Below, piece by piece: positions 28,227-40,749 of a stretch of DNA of 64,000 bases. Under the pieces are notes generated by a model. That model was not told the DNA's origin. It worked only from the letters and a program-made list of their open reading frames with translations, and ran no database searches. This stretch comes from the human T2T-CHM13v2.0 reference genome, Homo sapiens. Numbering within the stretch: the stretch's first letter is position 1; each line of letters starts with the position of its first letter. The stretch is from the NCBI RefSeq assembly GCF_009914755.1, contig NC_060945.1, one strand, 5' to 3'. The translations under genes and the position numbers were made by a program.

Positions 28227-29135
28227 CAGGGCCAGCTTTCTGGGCATGCAATCTGTGCATTTGCACAAGGCTCTGTGCTCCAGTGGGTCCTGCACTTGGT
28301 TTAATGCTCAGCTGCTACCATCTTAAAATTCTTGACAGTTTATTAGCAAGATCCCAGCATTTTCATCTTGCACTGTGCCCAAGGGCATGGGAACCCACCT
28401 CTTGCATCAGTGTGACCTGGATGTGAGACATGGAGTCAAAGGAGCTCATTTTGGAGCTTTACGATTTGACTGCCCCACTGGATTTCAGACTTGCATGGGG
28501 CCTGTAGTCCCTTTGTTTTGGCCAATTTCTCCCATTTGGAACAGCTGTATTTCCCAATGCCTGTACCCCCACTGTCTCTAAAATGTAACTAACTTGCTTT
28601 TGATTTTACAGGCTCATCGGCAGAAGGGACTTGCCTTGTCTTTGGTATGACTTTGGACTGTGGACTTTTGAGTTAATGCTAAAATTAGTTAAGACTTGGT
28701 GGGACTGTTGAGAAGGCATGATTGATTCTGAAATGTGAGGACATGAGATTTGGGAGGGGCCGGGGGTGGAATCTCATCTTGAATTGTAGCTCCCATAATT
28801 CTCACATGTTGTGGGAAGGACCCAATGGGAGATAACTGAATCATGGGGCAGTTTCCCCCACACTGTTCTAATGATAGTGAATAAGTCTCATGAGATCTGA
28901 TGGTTTTGTAAGGGATTTCCTCTTTTACTTGGCTTTCATTCTCTCTTGTCTGCCACCATGTAGGACATGCCTTTCGCCTTCCACCATGATTGTGAGGCCT
29001 CCCCAGCCACGTGGAACTGTGAGTCCCTTAAACCTCTTTTTCTTTATAAATTACCCAGTCTCGGATATGTCTTTATCAGCAGTGTCAAAACAGTTTACTA
29101 CACACTGAACATGACAAATTATGTAACTGGTCCTG
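28227..29135 (+). mobile_element. MER91A hAT element split by a THE1 insertion
   Basis: CAGGGCCAGC...TTGGTTTAATGCTC...TTGCACTG (28227-28375) and CAAATTATGTAACTGGTCCTG (to 29135); 8-bp TSD CCTAGGAT / CCTGGGAT. Confidence 0.8.
28376..29102 (+). mobile_element. THE1 (C-like) MaLR: 3' part of internal region plus LTR lacking its first ~29 nt
   Basis: THE1-int 3' sequence to PPT GGGAGGGGCCGGGGGTGGAA; LTR from 28771; 5-bp TSD CACTG (28371-28375 / 29103-29107). Confidence 0.88.
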
Positions 29136-29489
29136 CCTGGGATCTGTGTCCTGCACTAAAACTGAACAAGGACTGAATTGCCATCACTTGTGGGATATTT
29201 TCTGGACTTCTTTCCTTACAGTACAAAGTACCACACCAAATGTATAAAATCTCACAATGCAGCAATTGTCCAAGGCATCTTACTGCTTCTATCTTGACTG
29301 TGAAGAAGAGGGTACAATAACAACTCCCAACTCTCAGGGTGAGAAGGATGATTGAAAAGGAAATCCCTGTAGATGGATGAGATTTTTGGTGATCTCTGAA
29401 AGTTTCAATTAGGCTTTGCAGCATATTTCTAGAGTCAATTATCAGGAATATCAAGCCCATGCTATATCAAGGCCTTCATCACTTTCTAG

Positions 29490-30620
29490 ATTCAACAAAC
29501 TTTTTCCATAAATGGCTATAGAGTAAAATTTTAGGCTTTGTGGCACATGTGATCTTTGCTGCAGTGACAATGTGAAAGCAGACATAGACAATACCTAAAC
29601 AGTTATGTCTGTATTCTGTTAAAAATTTAATTGCACAACCCAGGTACCAAGGACATTAACACTGGAAAAGAAACTTTTATACAGATTACAGACTTCCTAT
29701 AAATTTTGTAAATTGTTTTGACTGTATCCATTAGTTACAAAATAATATCCAATATCACATATAGCATTAACTCAACATAACTCTTTGGTTCCCTTTAATC
29801 TTGAACACTTTCCGTATCATTCTTTATATTTATGACATTGATATTTTTAGAGGATAGTCATTTATTTTGTACACTGTCCCATCTTATGATGGCCCCTTCA
29901 TTTTTGACATGGGTAATTTGTGTTTTTGATCAAAGTCCAATCCTGCCAGATATACACTGAATTAACAGTGTTTTGACAAAGCCAACATTTGGTCTTCATT
30001 CTGTTTCACATTTGTTTTCTATTTCAATAATTTCTACTGTGTGTTTATTGTTTCTTTCTACTTTATTCGGGGATAATCCAGTCTTTCCCTTTCAAACATA
30101 TACAGATTTACCTTTTGTCATAGATCTATTCATTTATTATTGAGTTTATGTTATTATTTATTTTCACCTTAAATTATACATAATCAGAAAAAAATAATTC
30201 CAGTGATTTTATTACTGTTTTGCTTTGTTCTGAGGGGACTTCTTTTATGGCCCAGTATATGATTATTTTTGAAAAATGTGATGTTCAACAAATATAAGTT
30301 AGCTGAAACTTATTGACTGAGGTTTTTTGAATCATCTATGTCCTTCAAGAATCAGTTCATAAGAAATGGACCCTGAAGAATTTAGGTATAAATGGGCACC
30401 ATATTTGCAACTTACTTTTTAACAATTCAGCGAAAAAAATATATATATGCATGTGTTTATTTCATTATTTTACACTATTTTAAAAACTTTTCTGTGAGTA
30501 AGAAATTATCCAAAATGTTTAAAAGTAAAGCCAAAAAATTAATATTAAAAATATTTTTAATTGCAAGGACCTGTGTTGAGCAGGATTTGGCCCATGAGTC
30601 AAAATTTGCCAACCCTGCTG
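29490..30620 (-). mobile_element. MER58A split by an ancient L1M insertion (29636-30555)
   Basis: MER58 halves at 29490-29635 and 30566-30620; junction repeat TTTAATTGCA at 29626-29635 and 30556-30565. Confidence 0.6.
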
Positions 30621-31736
30621 TAGAGAAAGGAGGCATCTCATTGTATCATAGATTACAGTAAAAATCGGATGACCTGAAGTTTATTCCCTTGGTTACCTGT
30701 GTCACATAACTCAGACTGAGTCCTTTCTTCACTCGGTGTCTCAGTTTCTCTATCTGCTCTACAAAGCTTTTTTTTTTTTTCAATTTAGTATTAAATATAT
30801 GGGAAGCCTTAGGAAAACTGTATAAACTGGCCTGGGAAGGGTTACTGGTCTCTCTTCATTCTGTCTCCTCCCCCATTTGCCACATACAATGCACTAAAAT
30901 GCCTTATAAAATGAAATGGAGGGAAGACACAGAGAAGGCACGCAACAGGTTGAATAAATGATGAGGCATCAAGAAGATGAAAAGCAGCAGGATCTTTGAA
31001 GGAAAGATGTAGACCATAAAATGGGGCAGCAAATTGAAAAGACGAAGATTGGAATGAAAAGAGTTTGAAGCCAAACCACAGAGAATTCAACCCAATGAGA
31101 TCACTAGACTGAGGTAGGAAAAGAAACATCATGATATACTTCCAAATGTGTTTCCAGTCTCTGCTCATTAGGAATAAAATCTCTACCATTGTGTATTCCT
31201 TACACCCACAGATAATTTGATACCCACTCTGGGGTAAATCTGAATATCTTAGCTTTCCCTAAGAAAAGACGTTGCCCTCAGATTGCTGACAACCTGCAGA
31301 AATTCACACAAGAAGAGAGGAATGCTGCCTGGGTGTTGACTCCTGGAGATGCTGTCTCTAGCACATTATGTTTCACAGCATTTATTAATACCATTATTGG
31401 CCCAAGTTACCCACATCACTTGCTATTCCTGTAATCCTTTAAAGGCTTGCACAAGGAAACAAAGAACATACCCATGGATATTTTTTAAATGCCTACAATA
31501 TTTTCTGCTTGACATATGAAGGTTATCCAAACCATGGTCTACATTAAAAACAAATAAAGCTGAGTCTCACCTTATTTATTTATATCCAGCCCACTATAAA
31601 AACAAGGCCTCTCTCACCTGTCTCACATTGTTGGGGTTGAAAGGGTCACCAAAAATCACTGAATGTGAAAAATTAACTCCAGAGAGAGTATGTACTTTGA
31701 CTAATGTTCCAGAACTAAATGGAATTGGTAGCAAGC

Positions 31737-32065
31737 TGCAATGGTTTTAATGTGCCCCACAAAAGTTTATGTGTTGGAAACCTAATCTCTTTGCCCTCAT
31801 GAAAGGAGTAGTGGAATAATGTTGCTATCACTGCAGCGGGTTTATTATTGCAGGAGTGGCTTTGTTTTAAAAGCAAATTCCCTTGGCTCTGTTTTTCTTC
31901 ATCTTTCCCCTTCTACCATGTTATGATGCAGCATGAAGGCCTTCACCAAGTGCAGGTGCCATGCTCTTCCCAGCCTTTAGAACTGTGAGCTGAATAAACT
32001 TCTTTTCTTTATAAATTACTCCATCCGTCATATGGTGTTATAGCAAAAGAGAATGGACTAAGACA
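31737..32065 (+). mobile_element. MST-type (MSTC/D-like) MaLR solo LTR
   Basis: TG...ATGTGTTGGAAACCTAATC...AATAAACTTCTTTTCTTTATAAATTAC...GGACTAAGACA. Confidence 0.8.
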
Positions 32066-32352
32066 TGGGACAAAGATTCAGTAGGCTTATTAAATTATCT
32101 ATGTAACTACAGAGAGCTAGCGAACCAATTTCAGCTTAGGGGAAACAGGAAATTCGGAAACAGGAAGCCCAGAGAAAAATGGCACTGGACTGTGACTCCT
32201 ATTGCCTCAGGTTAGATCATCTGACTTCACAAGGTAAAAGCTTCTGCACACAAACCTGCTTCAGCCCTTTTCCACCAATGGGACACCCTTGCTATGTAGA
32301 GTAGTGCAAAACTCTGTCATTTACTTGTCATGGGACATTGGGTAAGTCACTC

Positions 32353-32757
32353 TGTATTAGTCCATCGTTTTGCTATAAAGAAATACCTGAGGCTGGGTAA
32401 TTTATAAAGAAAAGAGGTTTAATTGGCTTATGGTTCTGCATGCTGTACAAGCATGGCACTGGCATCTTCTCACTTCTGGTGAGGCCTCAGAGAGCTTTTA
32501 CTTATGATGGAAGCTGAAGCAGGAACAAGCATGTCATATGGTGAGAGAGGAAGCAAGAGAGAGAGCAAGAGGAGGAGGTCAGGCTCTTTTAAACAATCAG
32601 CTCTTGCGTGAACTCACTCATCACCAAGGGGATGGTGCTAAGCTCTTCATGAGATCAGACCCCACGATCCAGCGACTTCCCACCAGGCCCCACCTCCAAC
32701 AGTGTGAATCACATTTCAACATGAGATTTGGAGGGGACGGACATCCCAACTATATCA
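32353..32757 (-). mobile_element. MSTB-like MaLR solo LTR inside a MIR
   Basis: TGTATTAGTCC...GCTATAAAGAAATACCTGAGGCTGGGTAATTTATAAAGAAAAGAGG...AACTATATCA. Confidence 0.88.
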
Positions 32758-32944
32758 CACGTGAACATTCTCAGCCTCAGCAGTCTTATCAGAAGAATGA
32801 GGATAACCCAGTAAACTCAAGCCTAAGTGATGGAGGTGTGGAAATGCTTGACAGACAGAGTTGTTAAAGGGGAAGCTATGTCATCATAAAAGGGAATGAG
32901 CTGATGACTATGACCATGTTCTTTTCAGGAGACACAGTGAGGTG

Positions 32945-33372
32945 CACTTAAGCAGATGTGATTGGTGCTTCCAAACCAACTCGTTTGACTGCCAACACCA
33001 ACTACTCTCTTCCTGAGGTGATCTCTGGCCATTGTAGCCCACATGGACCACATGGAGCAGACTAGGGAGTTAATGTATCCCTAGAAGCAGTCCTCAACCG
33101 TGACTGAAAACTCCAGCTTCCTCATCCTGGGATAGGAGCAGGCACAACAACTCTGAAGCATGTTGCATAGTGTCCCCCTGGCAGAACCAAACCTCAGCTG
33201 TACACAGCAGTGACCTACTTAGCATCACACTCTTTAATAGTTTTCTCTTTTTTTCCTAACTCACCTCCCTACTCCCTGCTGCTGTTTCCTGGAAGCACTT
33301 CCCACATAAACTATTTACACTCAAATCCTTATCTTAGAGTCTGTTACTGGGTACTTAGCCAACCTAAGATAG
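32945..33372 (+). mobile_element. LTR16-like ERVL LTR
   Basis: 3' end ATAAACTATTTACACTCAAATCCTTATCTTAGAGTCTG...AACCTAAGA typical of the LTR16 family. Confidence 0.6.
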
Positions 33373-34074
33373 CCAAGTAGAAATACCCAGCAGGTAGTCT
33401 AATATCCAAGTCTGGGAGTTGTGTCAGCAGGACAAACTGTATCTGCAAGTTGTTGTGCATTCATATTTGCTATGTGGAAAAGAGTGGTTAGAGTGAGTTT
33501 AAATAAAAATTTTAAAGTGAGGCAGAAGCTGCTAAGACAAGAGAGAATTTGAGGAAGAAATATTTCCACAGAGGCCCAAAAAATCAGCAAAAGAAGATGA
33601 TAACAAGAACGCCCCTTATAATAAACAAGGAATATAGGAGACAGAAAAAAAAGCTACAATGAAACCTGTTTTACTTCTAGCACACTTATGTCTTATCAGG
33701 ATATACACAGAGAGCACAAACGTCCTATAAAAGATAAAGAAGCATGTCCCTTTGGCAGTCTATCAGTTGCACTCAGCATCTTCAGGAGAGAATAGCGAGG
33801 GCATCTGATTTCCTATCCAGTATTGCCCCCTCCTAGAACTCACAGATGCAAGTTGATAACTCCTTTTTTATAACTTAAGGCTGCAGCTGTCAGGAAAGAG
33901 AGGGAGACAGGCTCAACCACTCTCAGTGGCCAGAAATCAGGTAATGTGATTATTTCACCTCCTTCCACTAGGTATTTCAGCAAATCATAAATGTATAATG
34001 ACAGCTACATTTACTTCTAATTCTGGACATGAGTATTACTAGTTTTTCAGTATTGCTAACTGTCAAGACATACT

Positions 34075-34642
34075 ATAAATTGTCCCCTTGACCCACCTGA
34101 TATTCAAAATATCCTACTGGCATTTAATCTCTTGTGTGATGCTCTCCCCTTGAGTGTAGGCAGGACCTGTGACTTGCTTCTAACCAACTGAGTATGATGA
34201 AGTTGATAGAATATATGTAATTACATTACATAAGATTCTAATGTCTTTCTTGCAAGCAAAGTTTCACCCTTATGGCCTCTGAGGGAGCAAGTGGGTATGT
34301 TGAGAAGAAAGAGTGACCTCCAGCTAACAACCAGCAAGAAATGGAGGCCCTCAACCTAACGTGCCACAAGGAACTGAATTCTACCAACGACCACATGAGC
34401 TTGGAAGCAGATCCTTCCCCAATTGAGTTTCAGGTGAGACTGCAGCTCCATTTAACATTATGGTTTCAGCCTCATGAAGCCAAGGACTAGAAGAGCCAGC
34501 TATGGTACACTCAAACTCCGGATGTACAGAAACTAATAAGTGTGTGTTGGTTTAAACTGCTAAAGGTGAGATGATAAATGTGTGTTGTTTTAAGCTACTA
34601 AGTGTGTGCTAATATTGTTACACAGCAATAGCTAAATAATAC
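34075..34642 (+). mobile_element. MLT1E/F-like LTR
   Basis: CCCCTTGAGTGTAGGCAGGACCTGTGACTTGCTTCTAACC; GAGCTTGGAAGCAGATCC; TTGTTACACAGCAATAG. Confidence 0.8.
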
Positions 34643-35111
34643 GCTAACTATAATCTTGTATTGACTTACTGGCTTTTAGTCCTAAGAATTTTGCTATTTA
34701 TATTGAATACTTTTAAACCAATAAACCATGTGGTTTGCAAATTATTGGATTTGTCATTGCCTTTTTGAAATACAGGCTACCAAATCAGCCAAAAAGTTTC
34801 CACCGACACACAATTCCTTGGGTGAGTGATAAGAGAGACCCTGGTAATAGCCAGATATGAGGAATAACTTGACAAGTCTTACTGTGCCCCTGTAGGTCAG
34901 AATCAACCTCCAAACAGAAGGAAATATTTGGTGCTGTGAGCTCCATTTCCCTCACACTTGAGCTTCAGGAGAAATTTGAGAAAGCCAAGTGTGAGTAATG
35001 ACTAGCTAAAGAGCCATGATTTGCAAATGTTCAACATTATTAATCAACAGGGAAATGCAAATTAAAACCACAATGAGATACCACCATACTCCTGCAAGAA
35101 TGGCCATAATT

Positions 35112-35489
35112 CACATATACACCATGGAATACTATGCAGCCATAAAAAAGAATGAGTTCATGTCCTTTGCAGGGACATGGATGAAGCTGGAAACCATCAT
35201 TCTCAGCAAAGTATCACAAGGACAGAAAAACAAACACCACATGTTCTCACTCATAAGCAGGAATTGAACAATGAGAACACATGGACACAGGGAGGTGAAC
35301 ATCACACACCAGGGCCTGTTGGGGGTTGGAGGACTGGGGGAGGGATAGTGTTAGGAGAAATACCTAATGTAAATGATGAGTTGATGGGTGCAGCAAACCA
35401 ACATGGCACATGTATACCCATGTAACAAACCTGCACATTGTGGACATGTACCCTAGAACTTAAAGTATAATGATTTTTTTTTTTTAAAA
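35112..35489 (+). mobile_element. L1PA6/7-like 3' end nested in L1PB
   Basis: L1PA 3'UTR; perfect 16-bp TSD AAGAATGGCCATAATT (35096-35111 / 35490-35505). Confidence 0.92.
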
Positions 35490-36131
35490 AAGAATGGCCA
35501 TAATTAAAAAGTCAAAAAACAATAGATATTGGCATGGATACGGTGAAAAGGGAACACTTTTATACTGCTGGTGGGAGTGTAAATTAGTTCAACCACTATG
35601 GAAAACAGTATGAGATGCCTTAAAGAACTAAAAGTAGAACTATCATTTAATCCAGCAATCACACTACTGGCTATCTACCCAAAGGAAAAGAAGACATTAT
35701 ATGAAAAAGACACATGCACACTCATGTTTAAGGCAGCACAGTTCATAGCTGCAAAGATATGGAACCGACCTAAATGCCCATCAACCAACGAATAGATAAA
35801 GAAAATACGGTATATATACACCATGGAATACTACTCAGCCATAAAAAGGAAGGAAATAATGTCTTTTGCAACAACTTGAAGAGAGCTGGAGGCCACTATC
35901 TTAAGTAACTCAGAAATAGAAAACAAAATATTGTATGTTCTCACTTATAAGTGGGAGCTAAGTTATGAGGACACAAAGGCATAAGAACAATATAACGGAC
36001 TTTAGGGACTCAGGGATGAGAAGGTTGGGAGGGGGTGAGGGATAAAAGACTATGTATTGGTTATACTGTACACTGCTTGGGCAATGGGTGGACTAAAATC
36101 TCAGAAGTAACTGCTAAAGAACATATCCAAG

Positions 36132-36492
36132 TGATACGGTTTGGCTGTGACCCCACCCAAATCTCATCTTGAATTTCAATGTGTTGTGGGAGGGACCTGA
36201 TGGGAGGTAATTGAGTCATGGGGCCAGGTCTTTCCCGTGCTGTTCTTGTGATAGTAAATAAGTTTCATGAGATCTGATGGTTATAAAAAGGGGAGTTCCC
36301 CTGCACAAGTGCTCCTCTCTTTGCCTGCCACCATCCATGTAAGATGTGACTTGCTCCTCCTTGCTTTCCACCATGATTGTGAGGCTTCCCCAGCCACATG
36401 GAACTGTACGTAAGTCCAATTAAACCTCTTTCTTTTGTATATTGCCAGTCTCGGGTATGTCTTTTTCAGCAGCATGAAAACAGACTAATACA
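36132..36492 (+). mobile_element. THE1B solo LTR nested in L1PB 3'UTR
   Basis: TGATACGGTTTGGCTGTG...CAGACTAATACA; TSD CCAAG / CCATG. Confidence 0.92.
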
Positions 36493-37893
36493 CCATGTAA
36501 CCAAAAACCACCTGCACCGCACCCCAAAAACTACTGAAATTTAAAAAAAAAATTTAAGAGCTATGATTTGAAACAAAAAGGGCATGAGATTTAAAAAAAA
36601 AAAGAATTATGTTCTTGAAAAATTATTGAGACTACAGAGCACTGACCAAGACCCAGGAGAATTCAGGACTCCAGTCTGCATATAAACCTATCTGATAAAG
36701 GGTAGTCGTTAAACAATTGGCAAGAGCAACAACATTATGCTAACTGGCATAATACCCTTGATAATGAAAGAAGGGAGTTATACAATTTATTATGAAATGA
36801 CTTTACTGGAATCCGTTGTAACCACACACAGAGCCGAGAGGAGCATATGAAACAGGTCTTACTCTATAGTCAAGTCATATCATCTAACACATAACAGTTG
36901 ATGTGCCTTGGGGTAGGCGGTAGTTGGTGTCTCAGGAGTGACTTCTTTCCTTCCATAAAGTCATTCTGCCCAACTCCTTTACAATCGTGGGTTCTTTAAC
37001 ATTGGCTCATGAAACATCCTCTCACAGTCACCTGTCTCATGGCTGGCAAGTCCTGTGAGAACTCTCCTCTCACAGGACCCCACAGTCCCTTTAGCTTTTC
37101 TATGTGCCCCTCCAGCGACCCCCCTTTTTTTGTTTCAGCCTCCAACGTGATTGTTAGTTATTCGGGTCCATATGCGTCCTCTATGGATGAGGAGCAAGGA
37201 ATCAGGGTGTCGGGAAAGTGTGAGAAAGAGTTAGAAGAGGGTCTCTCTTTCATTATATCTCTGAGAGGCTGAGATCTCTCACAGCTAGAGGTAGTCTCCT
37301 TGCAGAGATGTTACTCCTCTGCCCAAACAGGATGCACTTCTCTTACCCTGGGCTTCCCCTCTGTGAGCCACGCATCATGCCATGGAGACCACTGGAGGTT
37401 GGTGGAAGCAAAAGGCCATCCTCTACCTAACCTAACTCTTGAAGCTTGTCCAAAGGATACATTCTACTTCTTCCCCACCACAGACACAGAATACTGGGGA
37501 TTCTTACTGTGTAGCATGCAGCATCCAGCCACTTGCAGAGTGTCCACTCAGTTTGTGCTCACCTTATTTCATGGATTGGCCAAAGAGATAAAGGATTTCC
37601 TGTGAGTGTTCCCGTATGGAAATACCCATTCTTTTTCATTTCAGATCTCCATCATCCCACACTCAATTCAGAGGAAATCAGACCTTATTCTCCCTTTCCT
37701 CAACTTTCATCCAAGAAGTACCCTTCTCCTCATGTTCAGCCTACCACCCACTCCTGGATAGGGAACAAGAAGGAAGAGGCAGATCCTCGTCGGTCTCCTC
37801 TAGAGTACAACCAATGGAGCATCTCATGGTCAGTGAGATGAGTTCCTTTCCCTCCAGTTTCTTGATGGATTGAAGGTCATTGCTCTAAGGTCC

Positions 37894-38274
37894 TGTTATG
37901 GACTAAATTTTGACCCCCTAAAAGTCATATGTTGAAGCCCTAACCTCTGATGTGACTATATTTGGACACAGGATCTTTAAAAAGGTAATAAATTAAATGA
38001 GGTCATAAGGGTGGGCCCCAAACCTAATAGGACTGCTGTCCTTACACAAAGAAGAAACACCAGGGGTGAGCATGCACAGAGAAAAGGCTATGTGAGGACA
38101 CAGCAAGAATATGGCCATCTGCAAGCCAAGCAGAGAGACCTCAGGAGAGAGCTAACCAGCCAACATCTTAATCTTGGACTTCTAGCCTCCAGAATGGTGA
38201 AAAAATAAATTTGTGTTGTTTAAGCCATTTAGACTGTTGGTATTTTGTTATAGCAGCCCTGGCAAACAAACAGA
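37894..38274 (+). mobile_element. MLT1A-type solo LTR
   Basis: TGTTATGGACTAAA...ATATGTTGAAGCCCTAACC...TTGTTATAGCAGCCC; TSD GGTCC (37889-37893 / 38275-38279). Confidence 0.88.
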
Positions 38275-39646
38275 GGTCCAGTTGAATTTTACAAACTGGC
38301 AAGGATCCTGACTGGTCTACTAGCTGACAGGAGATCTCTCCAGATGTCAGGGATCTTAGGCCCACCTGGGACCCCCAGGTTTCAAAACAAGACCCAATCT
38401 CTACCCAGAAGCTTCTGGCATTACCCCTAGATGATGTGTAAGTATTTTTTCTATTGCAAAATTTGTGCGCTGGGCTGTCAGATAGCTAACTTATACGGTT
38501 TGGAATTTACCTCTCAGCTCAGTAGCATAAGGGAGGTCTTTGTTTTCTCCCCCAAAATGAACGTCAAAGATCCTACCAGAACCTTCAGCAAAGCATAATG
38601 AATCCAGATACTTGGTTCCTAATAGCAGCAGATATATGCCCTGGGAGACCCATATTTGGACTTCACTGTCTTTTCTACTCCAGATGTAAATTTTCTAGGT
38701 TATTATTAAAGTAAGGTTGTGGATTCTCTTGAGGGTGATATAAAATAATCATAGATATTTTAATCCCTCTGAATTTAAGTATTTCCCATTGAAACAGAGC
38801 CCCTTTTTCTCTCTCACTTGCTTATAATGACTCAAAAGGGAACCAGTGAACTGAAATTTTTCTTAACCAAATCTACAAAGTGTAAGCTTTCTTGTCCTAC
38901 AGGGAAAAGCCTGCACATACTAAAGTTATCTAGGTTATCTTGGAAAGTTTTAGCTGTCCAGTTCCCAGGACAAGAATTCAAAGCTTTCTAACTCTAAAGC
39001 TTTCTTATTCTGAATAATTTCTAAATGGGCTTCCTTTGTAAGCAATAGTTTGTACTGACTCAATTGCTTACAAGGGTCACATTTTGACTAGACATTTCCT
39101 GCCTTTGGGCTAATGAATTACATCATAATTCAATTTGAATGCCTCAAAGTCATCAGCCAGCACCCTCAGCATTGTGGGGCAGTACTTCTAAGGCAATAGT
39201 AGTTACTGTCTGAGAGCTGAATTTTTTCTGCAGAATGCACCATCAATAAATGATTTTTATTTGCCTTCCCTAAAGCAAGGCTTTTGTGACGTTGAATTTG
39301 TAAGTTGTATTTTCCATCTCACAAAAGATTTCACAAGGAAGTAGAGTTTGGGGATTGCTTCTCTGCTCTTGTGCATCCCACAAATCCTCACCCACATCCT
39401 GACTCCTCAACAGGTCACCGTGTTAAGAGTTGGTAGGAAGAAACCCTTTCCTTTAGGATTTTTCCTCTTCTCTATACCCCATGGCCACCTAGTGTAATCA
39501 AGCCCCTTTACTTTCTTCCCTCTGGGCTCTTCTTAGGTTTTCCTTACCATTCAATTCAACTTGTTTCCAAGTGAAGGGAAGAGGATGGGGAATGAGGCTT
39601 CCCAAGGATATGTCCAGTATCTTTATGATACTGAGACCTTTCCAAG

Positions 39647-40025
39647 TGCTGTCATTTGAATGTGTCCCCCAAAGTTTGTGTGTTAGAAACTTAATCTCCA
39701 ATGCAACAGTGTTGGGAGGTGGGGCCTAATGAGAGGTGATTAAGTCACGAGGGCTCTGTCATCATGTATGGATTAATGTCATTATTGTGGGAGTGAATTA
39801 ATTATCTCAAGAGTGGGCTTGTTATAAAAGCAAGTTCAGCTCTCTCTCTCTCTCTCTCACTCGCTCTCACCTTCCACCATGAGATCACACAGCAAGAAGG
39901 CTCTTGCCAGATGCTGACACCTTGACTTTCTAGCCTCCAGAACCATGAGCCAAACACATTTATCTTTGTTATAAATTGCTTGGTCTGTGGTATTCTCTCA
40001 TAGCAGCATCAAACTGACCTACACA
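39647..40025 (+). mobile_element. MSTC/D-like solo LTR containing (TC)n
   Basis: TTGAATGTGTCCCCCAAAG...GGGAGGTGGGGCCTAATGAGAGGTGATT. Confidence 0.82.
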
Positions 40026-40189
40026 CTGAGCACCTAGATCAGACTCCTCTTAGAATATCTCCTGAGTAGCATCATGCTACAATTCTCTACCTCTTTCTCC
40101 ACTGTGAGTCAGTACCAAATGCTGTCTCTCTTCCTTATTCTAGCCATGACTCTGGATGGAGAAATAAGATTAAAACACACACACACACG

Positions 40190-40390
40190 CGCAACTTACT
40201 GGAATTTATAGAGCAGTTACTTCATGCCAGACACTGTGATAAGTACTTCAGAAACATTACATCAATTAATCCTCACAAACAACTGTTACTCCCATTTTAT
40301 AGGCAAGGATATTGAGACACAGTGACCACACAAATAGCAAGTGGCAAGCCAAGGTTTGAATCCCAGTTTGAGGTCACCACTGTGCTCTGT
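40190..40390 (-). mobile_element. MIR
   Basis: TGCCAGACACTGTG...TTAATCCTCACAAAC...CCCATTTTATAG. Confidence 0.65.
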
Positions 40391-40514
40391 GAACAGGACT
40401 TATGATGGCCAAGTACTAATATTACAATATTGGAATTTATACTCTCTGGAGTTACGATTCAGGGAGAGATGATTTGGAAGTATAAAGTCAGATATTTTCA
40501 TATTAAATCTAGGT

Positions 40515-40749
40515 CAAATGTTCTCAACCAGAGGTTATTTGCATCACTCTCCCACCACCCTGACCAGGAGACATTTGGTAATGCCCAGAGACATGTTTGG
40601 TTGTCACAACTGGGGACTGCTACTGGCACCTAGTGGGTACAGGCTAGGGGTGCCGTGAAAAATTCCATAATGCACAAGATGCACCACCCCCCCCCGCCAA
40701 AGAATTGCCTACTCCAAAATGTCCACAGTGCTGTGATCCAGACACCAGC
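40515..40749 (+). mobile_element. MER20 hAT-Charlie
   Basis: GTTCTCAACC...GACATTTGG...TTGGTTGTCACAACTGGGG...CTACTGGCACCTAGTGGGTA. Confidence 0.85.

Larger units (their letters stand above)
35024..36555 (+). mobile_element. L1PB-type 5'-truncated LINE hosting two nested insertions
   Basis: ORF2 C-terminus and L1PB 3'UTR; TSD AAGAGCCATGATTTG (35009-35023) / AAGAGCTATGATTTG (36556-36570). Confidence 0.9.

Noticed and set aside
28998-29010. PRDM9 hotspot 13-mer in THE1 LTRs
   Set aside because: Reads CCTCCCCAGCCAC here and CTTCCCCAGCCAC in THE1B; neither matches CCNCCNTNNCCNC.
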